Assembly: GCA_012295275.1 (NCBI GenBank)
Contig: CM022667.1
Coordinates: 19,530,001-19,594,000 of the forward strand
Reading direction: 5' to 3'
Origin: Chrysomallon squamiferum
Taxonomy: Eukaryota; Animalia; Mollusca
Length of the DNA stretch: 64,000 nucleotides
Below are positions 56,901 to 64,000 of this stretch, in pieces (position 1 is the first letter of the stretch; each line of letters starts with the position of its first letter). Made by a program: the position numbers and the translations under genes. The notes under the pieces are model-generated. The model saw only the letters and a list, made by a program, of their open reading frames with translations, ran no database searches and was not told the origin of the DNA.

Positions 56901-59316
56901 TTCTGCTTCCAGCAGTCTGCAGATGAGAAATTCAGCTCTGCTTTCAGTGTTAACATCTGACCGACATGAGTCTTGTATCTACTGCAGTCACACATTCAAG
57001 AATAAGACTGAGTATGAAAAACATATGCGCATCCATTTGAGCTCAGAGAATCTGAAGTGCAAGATCTGTGACAAAGAGTTCCCATCTGGAAGTATTCTAG
57101 CAGAACACAAACTGGAGCACTGTAAGATACAGCAAGGCAACTGCTGTGTTGTCTGCAAGCTGGCTCTGAAGAGTGAGGATCACTTCTACATCCACTCTCA
57201 GGACCACGGCTACCAGGGGTCTCTGCTGCAGTGTATCATCTGCAGGCAGACGCTCGCCTCACTGGTGGAACTGCAGATGCATGGCAAACACCACTTCCAG
57301 TCAAAACCCACCTTCTACACCTGCTGTGTCTGTCTCAAGAGCTTTGACTCGAAAGAAAATCTTGTCTCAAAACTCAACACCAGTGGCAGGACTTACTATG
57401 TCTGTAAGCCTTGTTACCATGGTGAAACATCCATTTTGAAATGTGAAAAGTGTTCTCTGTCCTTTGCCACTGAGGAAGGTCTGGAGATTCACCAACTCGA
57501 GCACAAGAAACAGACATTCCAGTGTATCAAGTGTCAGCAGTTCTTTTCCACAGAGTATGAGATTCAGGTGCATGTAGCCACTCACATGATGCAGGAGGGA
57601 AACCATCACGAGTGTACTCTGTGTTCACAGAACTTTGACACACCTTCAAAACTGCAGTGTCATCTCATAGAACACACCTACAAACATTCTGAAATGCGCT
57701 GTAGTATCTGCTGCAATGTGTTCCATTCAGCCAGCGAGATCCAGGCTCATGCCCTGGAACATGGAATCCAGGCTAGGAAGTACGCTTGTTCTCACTGCAG
57801 TCAGAAGTTTTTCTTTAGTGCAGAACTGGAGAATCACTTGTCATCACATAAAGTGTCAGGAGACACAGTGCAGAGCAGGTACGAGAACGCAGCGAGAAAC
57901 GGAAAACCAGACGTTTCCAAGACAACAAAACACTCCAGTACAAGACTGGAATGCTGTGAGTGTCGTCAGACATTTCTCAGCTCACCTGACCTGCAGCAGC
58001 ATCTTAAAGTGCACGAGTCAGGGGAGACAATCAAGTGTTCTATATGTGTGTCAGAGTTCAAGGACATTTTAACAATGCAGCAGCACTTTTTCAGTGTCCA
58101 TTCGAGTCTGGATTTAGAAAATACAAAAAGAACTTTCAAGTGCAGTGTCTGTGAGAAAGATTTCCCCTGTCTGAGTAATCTGCAAGGTCACATGAGAATA
58201 CACAAATCAGGTAAATCATTGTCTACTTGAACTGTTTTTTTTTTTTTTTATTATGATAATTCAAAAGACAGGTAAATCTTTGTTTAATCTACCTGTTACA
58301 TAAATTTCTGTTCTTATTAAATTATACTTCAGAAGTCTTTGTTTTATCTGATTTATGACTTGCTAATGAAGTTTTGTTGACTTGTCTTTTATCTGCACTG
58401 TTTTACATTTGTTAAAATGATAGCAAGGGGAGATAATGCCTATTTCATTAATTTTATTTTATCAGAAATTGATTGCTAACCATTCTTTCACACCTGGTGT
58501 TCTATGAGTCACTGTTCAATAAAACCAGTGATACAAAACTATAAAATAATAAAAGATTATAAAAATTGTATTTATCAATGTATACAACATATTATTTAAT
58601 TATTTGTATGCATCATTTATGTGCTTAAACATCCTGCAGAGGATGACAGTGAAAATCTGTGACTGGAATTCAGCTGATTACAGATTTACAATTAGCAATA
58701 AGGTTTCTTTTATATTCACTTTCCAGTCAACAGTTTAGGATTCAAAACAAGGGTATGATCCCAGCATTTACAAACTGTTGAACATGTAAGCGATTAAGAC
58801 AGTGTTACTGTTAAGACTGGAAGATAAAAGTGATTTTTGAATATTTCAGGAGAAAAGTTTGCATGTCCTGTGTGTCAGAAGATGTTTTCTGTGTCTCGTA
58901 ACCTGACACTGCACCTGAGATCTCACAGTGGAGAAAAACCATACGAATGTCCGGTCTGCAACAAGAGATTTTCACGTACGTTCTTGTTAGTGACAGAAAC
59001 ACAGAAAATACGAGAAACCACATCAGATATTTTAAAAACTAATATTTAGTATATTCAAAAACAAACACTTAATATATGTTTTTAAATATTTAATATGTTT
59101 TATATGTTTATAGGTTTTGTATATTTGTACATAGATTGTATGTAGTAATGTGTTTCTCACTAGTCTAATGCTCACATAGTTAAGATCAAATATGAAGCTA
59201 TTTACTATAAAGAACGTGTCTTTATCTGTTTATGTGACTGTACAGATGTGTGTGAGAATATGTATTATGTAATGTGGATGTGTATTTGTTTGTGTGTGTG
59301 TGTGTGTGAGTGTGTG

Positions 59317-59355
<39 letters not shown>

Positions 59356-60368
59356 AAAGTTAATCACTACACACTTTGAAGCTGTTTGTATTTTTATTTA
59401 ATGGAAAGCAATTGCTGTTTCAGGAAGAGAAAACCACAAGTCACACATGAAATCTCACAGTGGAGCTCATCCGTTTGTGTGTCCTGTCTGTCAGAAATCA
59501 TTTACACGAAAGAGTCACATGCGAGAACATTTGAAACAGCATTCCCAACTGGTCAGAATTATCTCCCTTCATAGAAATCCTTCTCTTTCACTTTTTCTTT
59601 TTTTTTAAATAAATTATTTATGTACACGAATTTATAAAAATGATTACCTAGTTTGTTAGTTAATTTTTTAATTGTTTATGATAAAATCAGATAATTTAAA
59701 ATATATATATTTTTTGTTTTATTTTGTTTTTTGTTCTTTTTAATAATTTTTTTATAATTTGTTGCTGGCTAAGAATTAATTTTCATGATATTTTTCAATT
59801 CTTAAAAGTGATTATCAAAAAAAATATATTATTTTACACCTGTTCTATGTAAATTCTTTGTTTCAAATTACACTCTTTAAACATTGTTTCAATTTTTTGT
59901 TGTATTTTTTTTTTTTTTTTTTAAAATTAAAATTTTATTTTTTTTTTTTTTTTTTTTACACAATATTTAGCCAGAATAAAATAGTTTGTATTAAAAATGA
60001 TTCATATTCATGCTGTGAATATTTTGTTTTAAAAACAACATCATGCTGTGAATAGTTTGTTTTAAAAATAACATCATGCTGTGAATGCTTTGTTTTAAAA
60101 ATAACACCATGACGTGAATGCTTTGTTTCAGGAGGTGGGTAACAAACTGGAACACACCTTGCTTGACGTAGACAGTGACTCAACAAGCACGAGTGAGGAA
60201 GCCATTCAGAACGGTCTGTCAGAGTTACCTGACCTTGATTCAACAGAAAACAAAGAGGGCGACACTGCCATTACAACCAACAACACAAACAGCAGTGACA
60301 TGCATGTAGATGATGAAAACATCAGTACCAAAGAACGAGTTACTATTAAGACAACTGATATACAGTGA
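37250..60368 (+). CDS. ZNF423: ZNF423/ZNF521 (Oaz) orthologue, multi-zinc-finger transcription factor; join(37250..37289,39830..39919,40361..40537,49550..49803,50343..50482,54933..58210,58850..58975,59424..59551,60132..60368), ~1489 aa, ~36 fingers
   Basis: Hand-spliced model with all GT-AG introns and compatible phases (1,1,1,0,2,1,1,0); 4470 nt open to TGA. Family signatures: [11 protein letters not shown] start, [127 protein letters not shown]423 and ZNF521 are vertebrate paralogues, so this is probably the single pro-orthologue. Confidence 0.93.
38113..38480. repeat. Minisatellite, 26-bp unit ATACTGAATATTTACATTAAAGAAAC (intron 1)
   Basis: About 13 copies. Confidence 0.93.
38788..38965. 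repeat. (AAT)n/(GAT)n tract
   Basis: Direct reading. Confidence 0.92.
39830..39919 (+). CDS. ZNF423: Coding exon 2: acidic linker ([29 protein letters not shown])
   Basis: Acceptor ttgtttcag; 90 nt open reading; weak donor AG|gttgtt; phase 1-1, so skippable without frameshift. Confidence 0.75.
40361..40537 (+). CDS. ZNF423: Coding exon 3: acidic region plus atypical finger 1 ([24 protein letters not shown])
   Basis: Branch-like ctaac, acceptor tctgtcacag, donor G|gtgagt; C2HC-type first finger as in ZNF423/521. Confidence 0.88.
41975..42480. repeat. Degenerate (TTA/GTA/GTT)n tract (intron 3)
   Basis: Direct reading. Confidence 0.88.
42797..43120. repeat. (TG)n-rich microsatellite region
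   Basis: Direct reading. Confidence 0.92.
44141..44745. repeat. Minisatellite, 26-bp unit GACTTAGTGTGATAAATGTATACATA
   Basis: About 23 copies. Confidence 0.95.
45455..45645. repeat. Short tandem repeat, ~47-52 bp unit (gtgttgattataaaaatatgagtacattctgaaattttgtatt)
   Basis: About 4 copies. Confidence 0.8.
48500..49275. repeat. Minisatellite, 30-bp unit TTATTCACTAACATCCAGTGAGTAATCTAC, grading into 29-bp variant TTCCTCGCTAACATCCATGGATAATCCAC
   Basis: About 26 copies in two sub-families. Confidence 0.94.
49550..49803 (+). CDS. ZNF423: Coding exon 4: Ser/Thr-rich linker and start of finger 2
   Basis: Polypyrimidine tract plus ccacag; reads ...[22 protein letters not shown]; donor CAG|gtatta. 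Confidence 0.9.
50343..50482 (+). CDS. ZNF423: Coding exon 5: end of finger 2, finger 3, start of finger 4
   Basis: [47 protein letters not shown]; acceptor tccccag, donor AG|gtaact. Confidence 0.93.
50560..51060. repeat. Compound (TA)n/(TG)n/(TATG)n microsatellite (intron 5)
   Basis: Direct reading. Confidence 0.9.
53440..53968. repeat. Minisatellite, 39-bp unit TTCAGTTACTTTGTTTTTAACTGTTGAAATCTCATTCAC
   Basis: About 13 copies; explains ORFs 53446..53832 and 53513..53878. Confidence 0.95.
54933..58210 (+). CDS. ZNF423: Coding exon 6: giant 3278-nt exon, fingers 4 (C-terminal half) to 33
   Basis: Lies within ORF 54823..58230; acceptor ttttttctccag, donor CAG|gtaaat; continuous array of C2H2 motifs. 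Confidence 0.95.
58850..58975 (+). CDS. ZNF423: Coding exon 7: finger 34 and start of finger 35
   Basis: Acceptor atatttcag; [41 protein letters not shown]; donor C|gtacgt. Confidence 0.88.
59424..59551 (+). CDS. ZNF423: Coding exon 8: end of finger 35 and finger 36
   Basis: Acceptor ctgtttcag; (R)[42 protein letters not shown] completes the finger split by intron 7; donor CTG|gtcaga. Confidence 0.86.
60008..60131. repeat. Four copies of a ~32-33 bp unit (tcatgctgtgaatrytttgttttaaaaataaca) abutting the last exon
   Basis: Direct reading. Confidence 0.85.
60132..60368 (+). CDS. ZNF423: Coding exon 9: acidic/Ser-Thr C-terminal tail and stop
   Basis: Acceptor ctttgtttcag; phase 0; [23 protein letters not shown]...KTTDIQ*; coding-like composition amid AT-rich flanks. 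Confidence 0.75.
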   Translation, partial: EVGNKLEHTLLDVDSDSTSTSEEAIQNGLSELPDLDSTENKEGDTAITTNNTNSSDMHVDDENISTKERVTIKTTDIQ

Positions 60369-60898
60369 TAAATACTTCATTGTTAATTTAATATTTAAAC
60401 ACGTCACAATTAATTTAATATTTAAACTGTGAAGTGACTGTTGACTGATAAACATTTCATTGTTAATTTGATATTTAAAAATCTCCAAATAGGAATACAT
60501 TAATAAACATGTCATTGTTAGATTAAAAATGTATTTATGAAACAGCAGTAAACATCTGTAAAAAATAATTTAATATGTTGTGATAATTTCATCTGTTGTG
60601 ATATTAGATTATATATATGTATGGGTGTGTATGGATATGTGTGTGTGCATTGATATGTGTAATTAAAGTATTTAAAAATAATTATATTAATAATAATTTG
60701 TCAAAATTAAATATAAGATTACAGTGTATATAGACACAGAAAAGATTAACTGGTTTCAGACATATTTAAACAATACAACATTGAATATAAACATCGATTA
60801 CTAAAATTAACATTAAAAACTAAAACCAAATGTTCAGTCTGATATGATGTTTATACATGTACTTTTCTTTTTCAATTTTTTTTCAGTTCACATGTTTT

Positions 60899-60904
60899 AA
60901 TAAA
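60899..60904 (+). terminator. Candidate polyadenylation signal (first of several AATAAA at 60.9-61.25 kb)
   Basis: AATAAA about 530 nt after the stop codon; low specificity in AT-rich DNA. Confidence 0.3.
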
Positions 60905-61858
60905 TCATAATAACGTTAAGAAAATGTATAATATTAAATAAAAATAGATATATGGTTTGTTAATAAATCAGTTACAGCCCTCTGTGATTTTTGTCTAAGT
61001 TTGCCTTGTGAAGTACTGTTTACTGTACATCAGGAACATGCAGTGTATGCTATGTGACATCAGATGTACTGAATAATTATGTGACATAAATATATTGTCC
61101 TCTGTGACAAACATTGTGTACCAAGTGATGTTAAATACTGTATTAAATAGTACCTCATGAAATTACACAGTATACATGATTAAACAGTTATATATATTTG
61201 TGTAAACTCACAACAATAAATGAAAAAAAAATAATAATAAAGATTATACTGCCAGAATGAAACAGACTGGAGTAATTTTGTTTTTGTTTTCAAGATGAGT
61301 ATCACACTGAGTAAAAATATTTTAAATTATTTTTTAAAAATTAAATAAACTGTCTAGTTTCAGGTGTAAAATCTCTATCCCTACAATTCTTCTTATCTAC
61401 TCTTGTAACAAATTATCACAATGTTCAAAATACATGACAATGACAATGACTTTATTTTCATAAACTGTAGGACTGCTGTAAAGAGAAGAATGTATTACTG
61501 ATATATAATAACAAAATAAAAATTAAAATGCAGAATTATTCAATTATTAAATTTATATTGTCCCTAATACGTATGATATGTCTGTCTAATTAAAGTGAAC
61601 CTTTGATGATGTGAACAGCTAAGCTAAACACATTTCTCATATCTGTAGGTTCTCTTTTTTTTTTTTTTTTTTTTTTTTCTTTTACAGATATTTATTAATA
61701 ACAAATTAAGAAAACAACTAAAAAGAACATAATTTTAAAAAATCACTGTGAACCTCCATTTTTCTGTTGTTATGACGTCATAGCTTACATTAGTTTATTC
61801 TAGTTTTGTCCGAAAATTATTCTAAGGGTACAGGAAGGCTTTTAGCATTTATACATTG

Positions 61859-61899
<41 letters not shown>

Positions 61900-62259
61900 G
61901 GACATTTAAAGACTTTCCAAAACCACATTTTGCTAATTCATGTTAACAGTTAAATCATTCTAACTAATTCTATGGCACATAAACATTATATACGCTGTAA
62001 CTACGTGTAGATAGATATTCATGTACCGAGTATTTTTTTATAAACAGATTCAATCTTGATTATTTATATAATTATAATATTTGCATATTTAGTGTCTATT
62101 ATATAATTTATTCAAAGATTTATATTTTGTTGTTTAAATCGCTTTTTGTATAAGTTGTCAATATTGTGAAAATCAAAATGAGAGACACTATGTTGAAATA
62201 AAACGTATGTAATATTTGTTTATGTTTTTCTTGTGCTGATTTTCATTACTTATTATTTA

Positions 62260-62297
<38 letters not shown>

Positions 62298-62996
62298 TCA
62301 GTGGTTGTAGTAGTAGCATTAGTAATAGTGGCAGTAATAGCAACAGTAGCATTATTATTATTTTATTTTTTATTATTATATTCTCTCAAATATAGTAATA
62401 ACAAAAAATAATTAATAATAATAATAATGAAGTAGAAGGGGAATAACTCTACCTTACTGACGGTTAATAGCTGACGCTGGCGTTTAAAGGAATATTCCGT
62501 GTCAGACGTCTGGCTGAGAATCAGAGTGATAGCATCACAGAAGACGTAGTCACAGATGTTCATAAGAATGATCTATCCTATGTCAAACTCATTTAACAAC
62601 AGGCGTACCCAGTCACAATTTTGTGAGTATTAAAATATAAAAACGCCAATCGTTTTTCAAGCAGAAAAATAAAGGTAGAATTACCTTTTAAAGCCCTACT
62701 GCACCTTTTATCACAACCGAAATACTTACAGTACATAATAACTAAAAAAAAAATGAAACAAAATACCCATTACGACAGAAATATATACAGTTGTATTATA
62801 CATGAATATATGAAGTACACTAAATAAAAAATATCTACAAACTAATTATATACATGTATACTGAAAACATTGCGATCGAACTCAGGTCCTTCGTTCTGTC
62901 ACGTTCACGTCTTATTTATTTATTATTATCATCACCATTAACATCATCACCATTATCATCATAATCACCACCATCATCATTATTATTATCATTTTC

Positions 62997-63048
<52 letters not shown>

Positions 63049-64000
63049 GTGATAGACAGAATGTTCATGTATCTGCGTGTTTATAAACAATATTAGTGAT
63101 ATATTAGTTCCATTTTTTTTACAGGTGTACAGAATAGCAACTTCAGAATAATCTTTCGTCACTTAATTACTACGTTTTACCTGAATACATTCTGAGAATG
63201 AATCTAATGTATATATTTCCTTTGAAAGGATGTCAAAACAAAGAGAAAATAAATAAACAACAACAAAAAAAAACAAGAAAAACAACAACAACAAAACGAT
63301 GACGATTATTATTATTATTGTTGTTGTTGTTGTTGTTGTTGTTGTTACTGTAATGGTGGAGGGTATGGATATAAAAAGAATTTAACCAGCACAGACGCCC
63401 TCAACTTTCAGTACAGAGTATTATAACTGTTTTACTGTATTCGATTACATCATTTATCTTTCTAAACTGATCATCTAAATACAATTTAAGTACAATAATT
63501 CTTTCTCCAGCATGATTAAGAATGGGAGTTACTGACATGAGAAATGAAATATAACAGTACTGGACGACTGTGTTAACGCTGTAAATCCAGATCCTTGTAT
63601 CGAGATGTCGACACGAAACAATAAAATAACAACTTAACCTGGACTACTTTTACATTTTTACCTGTGTAGAACAGGTGTGTCTGTATGACTCATATACCTG
63701 TGATTACTGTGTGCTGATGTATGCGTATAGATAGATGCAAATGTCACACTCGATTTGATATCCAATATGGCTGTAAGGTTGTGGATCAGGATATAGGGTT
63801 TTCATTTGTATGCAAGACTTCCTTTTAACGAGTTAATGAAGTCGTTATTTCTGTTTTAAAACTTTATAATCATTCTTGCTGTTGTTTAATTTGTTTATTT
63901 ATTTGTTTAATTAATTTATTATTATTAATATTATTATTACTTTTTTTAAAACAAATAATAAATGCTAAAACGCCTACAAACACATACGAACATGTGTACA

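Noticed and set aside
54733-57609. Antisense and alternate-frame ORFs overlapping exon 6
   Set aside because: Expected shadows of a long GC-richer coding exon; no independent signals.

Overview
AT-rich, microsatellite-dense animal genomic DNA. An invertebrate, possibly mollusc-like, source is an inference from composition only. One protein-coding gene can be reconstructed by hand on the + strand: a 9-exon ZNF423/ZNF521 (Oaz/Roaz) orthologue, CDS 37250-60368. All introns are GT-AG and phase-compatible, giving 4470 nt and about 1489 aa. The protein has the N-terminal NuRD-binding motif MSRRKQxxP, 30 zinc fingers that map onto the vertebrate set, and 6 extra C-terminal C2H2 fingers. The 37 kb upstream has no supportable intact gene. 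It holds a decayed, internally deleted Tc1/mariner element, a ~10 kb 28-bp satellite array, many mini/microsatellites and motif-rich CpG-containing islands (CTCF, CRE, STAT). The most striking unexplained pattern is a series of small GC-rich islands in the promoter and introns carrying EBF/COE-type CCCNNGGG palindromes, some overlapping ZNF423's own GCACCC/GGGTGC half-site. This suggests an ancient COE-ZNF423 feedback circuit written into the locus. A sharp CpG-depleted domain coincides with the gene body. All motif functions are untested inferences.
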